Below the pieces are notes generated by a model. The model had not been told where the DNA came from and did not search any database. It saw only the letters and a list, made by a program, of their open reading frames with translations. The translations under genes and the position numbers were made by a program. 64,000 nt of DNA from an uncultured bacterium. Lineage in GTDB: Bacteria; Chloroflexota; UBA5177; JANWHV01. The stretch covers positions 864,001 through 928,000 of the forward strand of contig CAVSOU010000008.1 of assembly GCA_963729625.1 (NCBI GenBank), read 5' to 3'. Shown here one piece after another: positions 1 to 9,557 of this stretch. Position 1 is the first letter of the stretch. Each line of letters opens with the position of its first letter.

Positions 1-47
1 GTGTCGACGGCGATCAACGGTCGAACGCTCGCAACGGCGTCGTTCAC
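1..47 (-). CDS. 5' fragment of a gene running off the window edge, possibly TsaB-like (MNDAVASVRPLIAVD...)
   Basis: GTG at 47 on the minus strand. 'LIAVD(T)' resembles the ASKHA/TsaB N-terminal 'LAIDT'. Only about 15 codons are visible. Confidence 0.25.
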   Translation of the reverse strand, partial: MNDAVASVRPLIAVD

Positions 48-158
48 GGTGATCTCGGGCTAGCCAGCGCGGTCGATACGCACTGAGCATATCGGGGCGC
101 CGTCGGCCGCCGCCGAGTGCCCGAGCGCGCGGCCGCTCCACAGGGGGGACTGCCGCCG

Positions 159-1343
159 CTAGGACGCGCTTCGAGACTCACTCTCGATGATTCCTATTTC
201 TTCATCTGAGAGGTAGCACGCGGGATCAGGAGCCCACTGATCGCCCGTAAGCGCGGCGGCGCGGGCGCGGAAGTTGCCGTTGCAGATATCCAGGAAGCGG
301 CAGTCATGGCAGCGTCCTTTGAGCAGTTCCTTCCGATCTCGGAGGTCGAGCAGCAGCTGGTTGGTCGGGTCCGACCAGATAGTACTGAATGGCTTGAGGC
401 GCACGTTTCCGAGCGCTGCCTGCCACCAAAACTGGTCGGGGTGAACCTGGCCGCGGAAGTCGACGTGCGCAACAGCAATGCCCGAGGAATTGCCGCCGCC
501 ATGACGCGCCGCCGCGCGGATGCGCTCGGCTACTTCCAGCCCTTTTTCGCGTAGTGCCCAGAGATAAAGGTACCCGAGGTCGCTATGATTGTCCGCTGTA
601 GAGATTTCCACGGGCAGGCCGCGATGCACGCAGTCATCGGCACGTCGGATGATGGAGTCCACGACCACTCGTATCTCGGGAGGGCTGAGTAAGTCATCCT
701 GCAGGAATCGGCCGCGACCGGAGGGTACGAGATGGTAGAAGCAGACACGCTCGATACCATCGCGTTCCACGATCTCAAACAAGTCGTCGAGGTCCTGAAC
801 CGTGTGGCGGGTGAGTGTCAGGCGCAGGCCAGTTTTCAGCCCAGCGGCGTGGCAATTGCGCAAGCCTTGCATCGCGGCCTCGAACGCCCCCGCTTGACCG
901 CGGAACCTGTCGTGGGTGGCTTCTAGGCCGTCGAGGCTAATGTCCACATAGCCCACGCCAATCTCGGCGATGCGCTTGGCGATATATGGCGTGATCAGCG
1001 TGCCATTGGTGGAAAGCGTGACGCGCATCCCCAGGGAATGCGCGTAGACTGCCAGATCGAGAATGTCAATGCGCGTGAGAGGCTCGCCGCCGGAAATCAG
1101 CAGCTCAGGCACGCCGAACTCCGCGAAGTCTGTCAACATGCGCCGTGCTTCTTTAGTCGTCAGTTCGCCGGGAAAGGAGGTCGACTGCGCAGAGGCGTAG
1201 CAATGCGCGCACATGAGGTTGCAGCGGCGGGTCGAGGTCCAGACGACGACCGGTCGATGCCAGGCCTCGGTCTGGTTCTCGTCGAAGCGGAGGTGGTCCG
1301 TGGCGGTCTGCACGCGGCCGAGAAGTGTCGTTATCGCTAGCAT
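159..1343 (-). CDS. ahbC: Radical SAM/SPASM protein, AhbC/NirJ1-like (12,18-didecarboxysiroheme deacetylase, alternative heme biosynthesis)
   Basis: RPVVVWTSTRRCNLMCAHCY (CxxxCxxC), SGGEPL, VHPDQFW and C-terminal SPASM CHDCRFLDICNGNFRARA...DPACY. Start trimmed to ATG 1343 after a GGGGAC RBS. Confidence 0.85.
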   Translation of the reverse strand: MLAITTLLGRVQTATDHLRFDENQTEAWHRPVVVWTSTRRCNLMCAHCYASAQSTSFPGELTTKEARRMLTDFAEFGVPELLISGGEPLTRIDILDLAVYAHSLGMRVTLSTNGTLITPYIAKRIAEIGVGYVDISLDGLEATHDRFRGQAGAFEAAMQGLRNCHAAGLKTGLRLTLTRHTVQDLDDLFEIVERDGIERVCFYHLVPSGRGRFLQDDLLSPPEIRVVVDSIIRRADDCVHRGLPVEISTADNHSDLGYLYLWALREKGLEVAERIRAAARHGGGNSSGIAVAHVDFRGQVHPDQFWWQAALGNVRLKPFSTIWSDPTNQLLLDLRDRKELLKGRCHDCRFLDICNGNFRARAAALTGDQWAPDPACYLSDEEIGIIESESRSAS

Positions 1344-1481
1344 GATAGATGTCCCCCTTGGGCCCAGGCCTCTGCGTCTGGCCACTACATTGTAGGATCC
1401 TCGCTGCCGCCCGGTGGGACTAGGGCCGAAGGGCTCATAATGGCCGACCAACCCGACCATGGCTGCCAGAAGCCAGCAACG

Positions 1482-1490
1482 AGTATAGCA
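1482..1490 (-). promoter_or_regulatory. Extended -10 promoter element (TGCTATACT) upstream of ahbC
   Basis: The same 9-mer precedes both riboswitches and fits TGnTAnnnT. Confidence 0.5.
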
Positions 1491-1674
1491 GAATACTTGA
1501 CAGGATCATATGCAAGACGGACCATTGACGTAGTGGGCCTCGGGATCGAGCCGGAGTATCTACCTACCGGAGTCGCCGGAGGAGGCTCGAAGCGGGGCCC
1601 GTCGCGGGGAAGAGGTAGTACGACAGCTGTATGCTGGTAGGCATGAGCGTGTTTGCCGGACAGACCCCTGGTCC

Positions 1675-2601
1675 ATGTCCATATTTCTAACCTTGCTCGG
1701 CAAGATCCTTCCTCTCTATGTCTACATGGTCCTTGGATACGTTGGCGGGCGCTTCCTCGGCATGCAGCGTGAAACCGTCGGCGCGCTGCTACTGTACTTC
1801 TTCTATCCTGTCGTCTACTTTGATGTGATCGTCACGTCGCGGATCACGCCGTCGACACTCTCGCTGCCCTTGTTGTTTCTCGTGCTTTGCTGCGGCATGT
1901 GCATCCTGTTCCTTTCGATCGGCGCGCGCGCCTGGAAAGACCCCACGAAGAACATCCTCGCGCAGACGGCCGGAACCGGCAACTATGCATATTTCGCTAT
2001 TCCGGTGGCTGCAGCCATCCTCCCGCAGCAGGCGCAAGCATTGGTCGTGTTGTCTGGCGTGGGTTTCATTGCCTACGAAAACACGCTCGGATTCTTCGTC
2101 GCCGCGAGAGGCAACTACTCACCGTCCGAGGCGCTGAGCAAGCTGGCGAGGCTGCCCGCGCTTTACGCGGCTGTCGCGGCGCTAGCGATCAACTACCTGC
2201 ACGTCGAAGTCAGCAGCACAGTTCTCGACGCAGCAGGCAATTTCAAGGGTGGATTCTCGGTTCTCGGCATGATGACGATCGGTCTTGGCCTGGCGACCAT
2301 CGATGTCGGCAAGTTCCGGATCGACTGGACGTACGTGCTCCTGGCATTCGCGGCGCGATTCCTTGTCTGGCCCGTTCTCCTGTGCTGCATCGTCGCCGCC
2401 GACTCCTACTTCATCGGCTTCTATTCCGCCGAAGCGCACAAGGTGATGATCCTTATGTCCGTCATACCGCTTTCGGCGAACACCATCATCTACTCGATCG
2501 CTCTTGGCGCCGAGCCGGAAAAGGTGTCGGTTGGGGTGCTGCTCAGCACGCTCGTGGCCCTCGTGCTGATCCCACTCGCCGGGGTGCTCTACCTGCAGTG
2601 A
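1675..2601 (+). CDS. AEC (auxin efflux carrier/malate permease) family membrane transporter
   Basis: About 10 hydrophobic segments, GTGNYAYFAIP (GN.G..G.P) and C-terminal P.SANT...STLVALVLIP motifs. Confidence 0.85.
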   Translation: MSIFLTLLGKILPLYVYMVLGYVGGRFLGMQRETVGALLLYFFYPVVYFDVIVTSRITPSTLSLPLLFLVLCCGMCILFLSIGARAWKDPTKNILAQTAGTGNYAYFAIPVAAAILPQQAQALVVLSGVGFIAYENTLGFFVAARGNYSPSEALSKLARLPALYAAVAALAINYLHVEVSSTVLDAAGNFKGGFSVLGMMTIGLGLATIDVGKFRIDWTYVLLAFAARFLVWPVLLCCIVAADSYFIGFYSAEAHKVMILMSVIPLSANTIIYSIALGAEPEKVSVGVLLSTLVALVLIPLAGVLYLQ

Positions 2602-2741
2602 TGACGTGCCGGGGACTAAACTCCTGCCGCGGGAGACTGGCTGGGGCAGTTGCGGGACCATCGGAGTGTGCAGGTTCGGGTATGGCAGATGACAACACCT
2701 CCCGACTCACTGGAGCTCTCGGAATGGATAGAGCCGCCGGT

Positions 2742-3659
2742 TCACGGCAATTTATTCCCGGCTGCCAGATAGATGTCATACCATTCTTGGCGGGTCATCT
2801 TGACATCGGATGCCTTGCACGAATCCTTCACACGGTTTGGATTCGTTGTACCAATAATGGGCTGCATTCGTGCAGGATGCCGCAACAGCCACGCTATCGC
2901 GATTGCTGTGTTCGTGACACCTCTGGATGAAGCGATTGCATTTATCGTCGCGTTCAGAACAGGGAACTTGTCACTGTCCAGAAAGACGCCTTCGAAGAAT
3001 CCATACTGAAACGGCGACCAAGGCTGTATAGTTATTTCCTTAAGCCGACAGTAATCAAGGATGCTGCCGTCACGATCAATCGAAGCATCAATCTTCATAT
3101 TCACGTTGATACCTGTATCGATCATGCCAGTATTGGTGACGCTCAGTTGCAGTTGATTGATGATGATCGGCTGCTTGACGAATCTGGTCAGCAGTTCAAT
3201 CTGCATGGGGTTCTGGTTGCTCACGCCGAAATACGCGACTTTTCCGCTGTCCTGCAGGATCGTGAAGGCTTCGGCCACTTCTTCTGGCTCAACCAGCGCA
3301 TCTGGGCGATGCAGCAGTACAACATCGAGATGATCCGTTCGCAGCCGCTTGAGACTTCCGTCGACCGCCTCCAGAATGTGCTCTTTCGAGAAATCGAAAG
3401 ATCCCTGGCGGATCCCGACCTTGGTCTGCAGGATCATGGTGTCACGCAGGCGCGGCGTCATTTCGAGCGCTTCGGCAAACTTCTCCTCCGACTTGCCCCC
3501 GCCATAGACATCGGCATGGTCGAAAAAGTTGATACCCTCGTCCAGCGCAGTGTGAACCAGCGTCGCAATATCCTGACTGGGCATACTAGCAATCCGCATG
3601 CATCCAAGCGCTATTTCGGAAGCATCAAGGTCGCAGCGTGCAATTCTGATCTTGTTCAT
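2742..3659 (-). CDS. Aldo/keto reductase, YdhF/YcsN-like
   Basis: IALGCMR, FDHADVYGGG, QTKVG, LLHRPD, GVSNQ, PIIGTTN motifs. AAGG RBS before ATG 3659. Confidence 0.92.
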   Translation of the reverse strand: MNKIRIARCDLDASEIALGCMRIASMPSQDIATLVHTALDEGINFFDHADVYGGGKSEEKFAEALEMTPRLRDTMILQTKVGIRQGSFDFSKEHILEAVDGSLKRLRTDHLDVVLLHRPDALVEPEEVAEAFTILQDSGKVAYFGVSNQNPMQIELLTRFVKQPIIINQLQLSVTNTGMIDTGINVNMKIDASIDRDGSILDYCRLKEITIQPWSPFQYGFFEGVFLDSDKFPVLNATINAIASSRGVTNTAIAIAWLLRHPARMQPIIGTTNPNRVKDSCKASDVKMTRQEWYDIYLAAGNKLP

Positions 3660-4247
3660 GGACCTTCCTTTGCCTTGAGGACTATCGTCGACGGTTCCGC
3701 TCTGACTCATCGTTCCGTTGAAACACCTACTCAACCGTTCGGCCCAGGCAAGTCCCCCGACTACTCAGGACCCTTACCGTCGGCCGCCGAGCATCCTGGC
3801 CCTGCCAGGGAACCCTGGACTACGGGGAGAACGCCAATAATCGTGTCGTACGACCAAAGGCGGCCCGTCGGCCAGTCCTGCAGCATCACTGACCCGGGCT
3901 GATCCGACGTGACAGTGCTGTTCCCTGAACACGCCCGACTCCGACCAGCAGCGTGCATCTTGTCTGACTGCTCACCAGAGGATAACACACGCTTCCCTGG
4001 TGAGCGGCCGTGCCCGCATGGCGCGCCCTGACCGTCGTCGGACGATCGGCATCACTCTGAATGCCGCCGGTTTCTCCACGCATATCTCGGGGGACGCCAC
4101 GAGCATCGCCCTCAGCGCCGACGGCCTGCCGACCCAAATCAGCACGCCGATCCGCGTGATGCAGACCGGCCGCTACGACGGCGCCAGCCGCGCCACGCAC
4201 GTCGATGCGATTAGGCCCGCGGCGGTCAGTGCGCCGCTGAACAACGC

Positions 4248-6884
4248 CTACGATTGCGTCCGCGACAGGAGCTCCAGGAACACCTTGTTGCTCGGCGTCT
4301 TGCTCAAGCGATCCACGAACTGTTCGGTCGCCGGTATTGCCTGAATTCCGGCCATTCGGCGCCGCAGGAGAACAACCCACCGCAGCGTGGCCGGGTCAAG
4401 CAGAAGCTCTTCTTTTCTGGTGCTGGACTTCGTGATATCGATCGCCGGGAAGATACGCCGCTCCGCCAACCCGCGGTCAAGATGGAGTTCCATATTACCT
4501 GTGCCCTTGAACTCCTCATAGACCACACCGTCGAGACGGCTCTCTGTGTCGACCAGACAGGTGGCAATAATCGTCAGGCTACCTCCCTGCTCGATGGCGC
4601 GGGCTGCTCCGAAAATGCGGCGAGCCGTAGTAAGCGCGCTTGCGTCCATGCCACCGGACAGCGTTCTGCCACCGCCGCTGCCTCCGAGGTTGTAGGCGCG
4701 CGCGAGCCTGGTAATACTGTCCAGCAGTACGACGACATCCTTACCCATTTCCGCGAGACGCCTGGCGCGCTCGAGTGCCATCTCGGCAAGATGTCCGTGT
4801 CGCTCAGTCTCCTCGTCGAAACTAGAAGCAAAAGTAATTGCCTCGGGCAGCGACACGCGAAGATCCGTTACCTCCTCCGGCCGCTCGCCTACGAGGCACA
4901 GTATGAGACTGGCGTCGGGATAGTTGGTCACCACGCCATGACCTATGTGCTTGAGCACGGTGGTCTTGCCCGCCTTGGGCGGCGAGACGATCAACGCGCG
5001 CTGGCCGAAACCGACCGGCGCGATCATGTCGATCATCCTGGTGGTTAGCGGCTGCTGCCCGGTCTCCAGATGAATCATTCGGTCCGGGTAGATCGGTGTG
5101 AGATCCTCAAAGCGCTTCCGGGTGCGCATCTGCTCGAACGGCACATCGTTAATTGTGAGTACGCGCTCGACCGTCACCGGTCCTCGCCCGCGTCCCGGTC
5201 GCGCTTCGACACGCACAATGTCGCCGTTGCGAAGATCGAAGCGCCGAACATCGCGCACGCTTATGAGCGGGTCATCGCTCCTCACGCGCAAATCTTCCTC
5301 GCGAAGGAAGGCCTCTCCGTTTGGCACGAAGTCCAGCATGCCGTGTACCTCAAATACCGGCATTCGCTGCTGCGGCACGAATTCGACCGCGGGTTGGCGC
5401 TCCTCAAACGCGTAACTTTGCGGCGGCAGCGGATTGGCGACGGGAGGCATGCCGTTCCCGGTACCCAGGCTCATACCGTTCCCGCTGCCCTGGCCCATGC
5501 CATTCCCGCTGCCCTGGCCGGCGATGGGCGCTGACCCACGCCCGCGCCGCCGCCGGCGGCGGCGATTGCGTGCATCAGCATTCTGATTGGTGCTCAAGTC
5601 AGTCGGCTGGCCCTGCGGAGTCTGTCCGGGTTGATTGCGAGGATTGATTGGCTGCACGCGCTGGCCCTGCTGCGGTCGTTGCTGATGCGGTTGTCGGAAC
5701 TGGCCTGGCTGCCTGCCGTGCGGTGGTCGATACGTGGCAGGCGGGGTCTGGCCATTGTACTGCTGAGGAGCCACGGGGCCAACAGGTGCAGCAGGCACAC
5801 TGGTTCCGGGAGAGCCTGCGGCAGGCGCCTCAGCCGCGGGCATAGCGTCCTGGCTCGGCTGACGATCCGCGGCCTTGATCGTAGTCTCCGGAGTCTGCTC
5901 CGAAAGAGCCGCCGAGCCACTCCCGGCGGACCCCGGCTCTGGCGCGACGGGCGCGATGCCGGTGGTCTGACTCGATTGAGCCGATGGCGTGGCGCCACTC
6001 GCCTCGCCCTTCACGCCTACATCTGCTCTCGGCGCGCCCCGACGTGGCCGCCTGGCGTGGTCGCGCACGAGCACCGCTGATGCTTCCGGCGCCGTTTGTT
6101 CGGCGGAGGCGACGACAGTTTCCTGCCGCTCGGCTACGACGCCTTGCTGTGCCGCCGCCGGGGTCTCGGCCACCGGTGATGGCGCGGGCGCACCTGCCTG
6201 CGCCGCGAGCGCCTGCGAGGGTTTCGGCACGCTCGCCGCCCGTTTCGAGGACCTTTGCCGCAAGGGAGATACCGTTTCCGCGCGTGGAGTCTCGGCGGGT
6301 GGGGCCACTGCTGGCTCTGTCGGTGCGGATCGTGCATCCGTGGGCGGCATCGCAGTCTTTCCGCTGGCCAGCGGTCTGGTCTCGGCGGACGGCGGTGCTG
6401 CCAGGTTGCCACGGCGACTCCGCGCCACGGGTTTCTTCGTCTGCACAGGCGCATCCGAGGCACTGGCGTCGTGTGACGCTGCAACGTCCCCAGACGCGAC
6501 TGGCAGCGGCGCGGCGGCGGCCTTTGCGGCGTCACTCACAGGTGGCTGCACGCTCTTTGCAGCCTTTACGTGTGGTTTTGGCCCTTTTGCCGGTATTTCT
6601 GCCGCTCCTGACTCGGCCGAAGGCGCCGACTTGGCTAGGGAAGGGGCAGTCGTCTTGCGCTTGGACGCAGGCTCGGATTGGTGAACAGACGGTTCCGGTG
6701 GCGCTAATACGGCGGAATGTACCGCGCCGGCTGTGCGCGTTCGCCGTGGTTTCGCCGGCCCCGGCTCTGCGGTCTGGATCGCGGGAGTCGTTCCCTCAGG
6801 CTCGACGGCGGCTTTGGAGCCGCGTGCCCGCGCTGGACGTGCCTGCGCGACCTTGTCCTCACTCAAGAGCCGTACCTCTGTCAT
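4248..6884 (-). CDS. rho: Transcription termination factor Rho with a ~500 aa disordered N-terminal extension
   Basis: RNA-binding OB fold (GMLD...FLR...RRFDLRNGD), LTPIYP, Walker A PPKAGKTT, GERPEEVTD, LLDSITRLARAYN, EEFKGTGNMELHL, SSTRKEELL. Confidence 0.97.
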   Translation of the reverse strand: MTEVRLLSEDKVAQARPARARGSKAAVEPEGTTPAIQTAEPGPAKPRRTRTAGAVHSAVLAPPEPSVHQSEPASKRKTTAPSLAKSAPSAESGAAEIPAKGPKPHVKAAKSVQPPVSDAAKAAAAPLPVASGDVAASHDASASDAPVQTKKPVARSRRGNLAAPPSAETRPLASGKTAMPPTDARSAPTEPAVAPPAETPRAETVSPLRQRSSKRAASVPKPSQALAAQAGAPAPSPVAETPAAAQQGVVAERQETVVASAEQTAPEASAVLVRDHARRPRRGAPRADVGVKGEASGATPSAQSSQTTGIAPVAPEPGSAGSGSAALSEQTPETTIKAADRQPSQDAMPAAEAPAAGSPGTSVPAAPVGPVAPQQYNGQTPPATYRPPHGRQPGQFRQPHQQRPQQGQRVQPINPRNQPGQTPQGQPTDLSTNQNADARNRRRRRRRGRGSAPIAGQGSGNGMGQGSGNGMSLGTGNGMPPVANPLPPQSYAFEERQPAVEFVPQQRMPVFEVHGMLDFVPNGEAFLREEDLRVRSDDPLISVRDVRRFDLRNGDIVRVEARPGRGRGPVTVERVLTINDVPFEQMRTRKRFEDLTPIYPDRMIHLETGQQPLTTRMIDMIAPVGFGQRALIVSPPKAGKTTVLKHIGHGVVTNYPDASLILCLVGERPEEVTDLRVSLPEAITFASSFDEETERHGHLAEMALERARRLAEMGKDVVVLLDSITRLARAYNLGGSGGGRTLSGGMDASALTTARRIFGAARAIEQGGSLTIIATCLVDTESRLDGVVYEEFKGTGNMELHLDRGLAERRIFPAIDITKSSTRKEELLLDPATLRWVVLLRRRMAGIQAIPATEQFVDRLSKTPSNKVFLELLSRTQS
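5448..5520 (-). repeat. Three ~24-nt tandem units inside rho encoding GQGSGNGM-GQGSGNGM-SLGTGNGM
   Basis: Seen directly: repeated ccgttcccgctgccctggcccat-like units. Confidence 0.8.
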
Positions 6885-7455
6885 TGCTCGAAATGTTTCC
6901 TTTCATCCTGATCTGCTCCGCACTGGTCCGCTAGGCGCGGGACGCCGGCGAAAACGAGGCACTGCGCACGGAAGAACCGTTCTTGACGCATGCCAAGCGG
7001 ATGCGGATCAGCCTTGTCATGCGAGCACATCCGCACTGAACACACGGTGGGTCAAGGGCTGTGCGTTTTCAGCACTAGGCGCTATTCGGAATCCGACGTC
7101 CTTCTTGCTTGGTCACTATGCCAGACCATGCCACTGCAAGTGCACGATCACCCGGCGAAACCTGACCTATCGAGCTTCCATGCTCGTCACCAAGCTGTGC
7201 CACTAGTGAGTGCGTACCCGCCGGCCACGCTGTCGCGATCAGCATGTGCTACACATAGCGGTGAGATCTGTTCGCCGCACCGGCCTGTCATACAATCACG
7301 CCGGGGTCAGAGAGCTCTTTGCGCCGTGCCTCATGCAGCCAACCCATGGCCAGACCGCACCGGCGGAAAGAACAACGATCTCCACCTGCATTGTATCGCA
7401 GTTTCAGCAATATGGAAGGGGGTGCGATAGCCAATTTCGCTATACTACACCAGAC

Positions 7456-8490
7456 ATGACATCTTTCGGTCCCCAGTGCCCCCCCGCGCGCATTGTCCGC
7501 GATGCTCAAGCGTGGGATGTGCTCGTTCGTAGCCACCCGCAGGGCGGATTCATGCAGTCCTCTTTCTGGGGTCGGTTCCGGCGCGGTTTTGGCTGGGTAC
7601 CGATCCGCATTGTGGTACGAGGACCGTACGCCCAACCCCCTCCGGCAGCGCAAGTGCTGCTTCGCCGAATACCGTTCAGCCCCTATACCGTTGGCTATGT
7701 GCCACGTGGCCCTCTGTTCGATTTCGAGAACGAAGGCGCACTGGCCGCCATTGTGGAGGGTCTCGATTGGCTGGCGAAGCGGGTGCGTGCTATCTCAATT
7801 ACTGTTGAGCTGCCGGAAACGCGGGATCCGCTGCTCGGCCCCCGTATGCAGCGGTTTGGCCTTCGGCCGGCCAAGCCGGTCCAGCACATATCGACTCGCG
7901 TATTGGATATCTCGCCTTCACTCGACCAGCTACAAGGTCAGTGGAAGCCGAAGTGGCGCTATAATACGCGGCTCGCCGCGAAACACGGCGTGTCCGCGCG
8001 GGAGGCACGGGACGAGGCCGACTACGCGCGCTGGTACGGGTTGATGCGCGATACGAGCGTGCGTGACCGGTTTACGATCCGCTCCGAGGAATACTACCAT
8101 CGATTCTGGCTGCAAGGGCGTCGAGAAGGTACGACCGTCCTGCTGCTTGCCGAGCACGAGAACAGGCTGCTTGCGGGCATCATCGTTCATCACTTTGGCG
8201 ATGAGGCGACGTATCTCTACGGCGCGTCATCGAGCGAGAGCCGCAACGTGATGGCGCCACAGTTCCTGCAGTGGGAAGCAATGCAATGGGCCAGGGCGCG
8301 CGGCGCCAAGCACTACGATTTGTTTGGCATCGCCAGCACCGACGACGAGCACGATCCGCTGGCAGGAGTTACCCGTTTCAAGGCCGGTTACGGCGGCAAG
8401 GTCGTTCACTACGGTGGCGCTTTCGACCGCATCTACCATCCGCTGCTTTACGCCGCCATGCAGCGCGCCCGCGCTAGAAGTGTGGGCTAG
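7456..8490 (+). CDS. FemAB/FemX family tRNA-dependent peptidyltransferase (lipid II bridge formation)
   Basis: FMQSSFWG, YVPRGP, KWRYNTR, YLYGAS, LQWEAMQWA, YDLFG, FKAGYGG. TATACT lies just upstream. Confidence 0.9.
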   Translation: MTSFGPQCPPARIVRDAQAWDVLVRSHPQGGFMQSSFWGRFRRGFGWVPIRIVVRGPYAQPPPAAQVLLRRIPFSPYTVGYVPRGPLFDFENEGALAAIVEGLDWLAKRVRAISITVELPETRDPLLGPRMQRFGLRPAKPVQHISTRVLDISPSLDQLQGQWKPKWRYNTRLAAKHGVSAREARDEADYARWYGLMRDTSVRDRFTIRSEEYYHRFWLQGRREGTTVLLLAEHENRLLAGIIVHHFGDEATYLYGASSSESRNVMAPQFLQWEAMQWARARGAKHYDLFGIASTDDEHDPLAGVTRFKAGYGGKVVHYGGAFDRIYHPLLYAAMQRARARSVG

Positions 8491-8713
8491 CGAGCATGCG
8501 CGAGGGGCAGTTCGGAAATACGATTGTGCGGTCGCTGTACACTACAGTATTGCATCCGATTACGGGGCCGGCGCGCACTGATTGTCGATCGCGGAAGCAA
8601 GGCACGTCGTGCGTGCCGGCAGCGAGCGGGTTCAATCCTCAGCCCTGCCTGTCATGGTCGAACGGACTGCAGAACGCCTGCTGACCGGCGCGATACGGAG
8701 TGGGAAAGCACGC

Positions 8714-9541
8714 ATGATCGCTACGCTTGGCGCATTGAGGGTCAAGTCGCTGGCAAGTGGAAGCTCGGCAAACGCCTTGCTCGTGGAGTCGCCCTCGGCC
8801 ACACTGCTCGTCGATGCGGGGCTCAGCGCGCGCCAGCTTGCCGGATTGATTCGACAGTGCGGAGTGTTCCAGTCACCGCTTGCAGCGATCCTGGTTACTC
8901 ACGAACATTCTGACCACGTCACCGGCGCGGACGTGCTTGCTCGCCAAACGGGTGCGTCGCTCATTGCCACAGCCGGCACGCTGAGGGCGATGCGGCTCGG
9001 CGCGAAGGTAGATCAACAGCCGCTCCGCCCTGGCAGCGTTCGCACGGTGGGTCCATTTGAGATCTATGCCTTCCCCGTTCCGCATGATGCCGCTGAGCCA
9101 GTCGGCTACCACGTCACATATGGCGACTGGCGAGTTGGTATCGCGACCGATCTGGGACACTGTTCCGCGCCCGTGCGCGAGGCACTCCGCGACACACACC
9201 TTACGATTATCGAGGCGAATCACGACCGCGGCCGATTGGCCGCGAATCGCGATTACTCGGCACTGCTCAAGAAGCGGATTGCCGGGGACCAGGGCCATCT
9301 CGCCAACGAGCAGACCGCCGAGCTGTTGCAGGAGCTCGCGGATATCGGGCAGGACCGGTGGGTATGGCTTGCACATCTGAGCCAGGAAAACAACCGTCCT
9401 TCGATTGCGATGGCGGCAGTGCATCGCCATTTCAGCCTGCTTCACCGCACACCACCGTTCGAGCTTCTTGTCGCTGAGCGCGATCGTCCCAGCGTTGAAT
9501 GGGACACGCGGTCGCTGTTCAGGCAGCGACAGCTATTTTAG
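8714..9541 (+). CDS. Metallo-beta-lactamase fold hydrolase, YycJ/WalJ-like
   Basis: LASGSSAN, VDAG, THEHSDH, HDAAEP, TDLG, EANHD, GHLAN, LAHLSQENN. Confidence 0.9.
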   Translation: MIATLGALRVKSLASGSSANALLVESPSATLLVDAGLSARQLAGLIRQCGVFQSPLAAILVTHEHSDHVTGADVLARQTGASLIATAGTLRAMRLGAKVDQQPLRPGSVRTVGPFEIYAFPVPHDAAEPVGYHVTYGDWRVGIATDLGHCSAPVREALRDTHLTIIEANHDRGRLAANRDYSALLKKRIAGDQGHLANEQTAELLQELADIGQDRWVWLAHLSQENNRPSIAMAAVHRHFSLLHRTPPFELLVAERDRPSVEWDTRSLFRQRQLF

Positions 9542-9557
9542 GAAGGGACACCAATCC

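Noticed and set aside
1887-2930. Long alternative-frame and antisense ORFs (e.g. 1887-2930, 5984-6934, 10041-11264, 26170-27357, 36795-37946, 54699-55715)
   Set aside because: They overlap well-supported genes and have Arg/Pro-rich or antisense-codon composition typical of shadow ORFs in high-GC DNA.
4000-4344. 114-aa plus-strand ORF after rho
   Set aside because: It overlaps the rho 3' end by about 100 nt and has no RBS or recognisable motif. At most a remnant.
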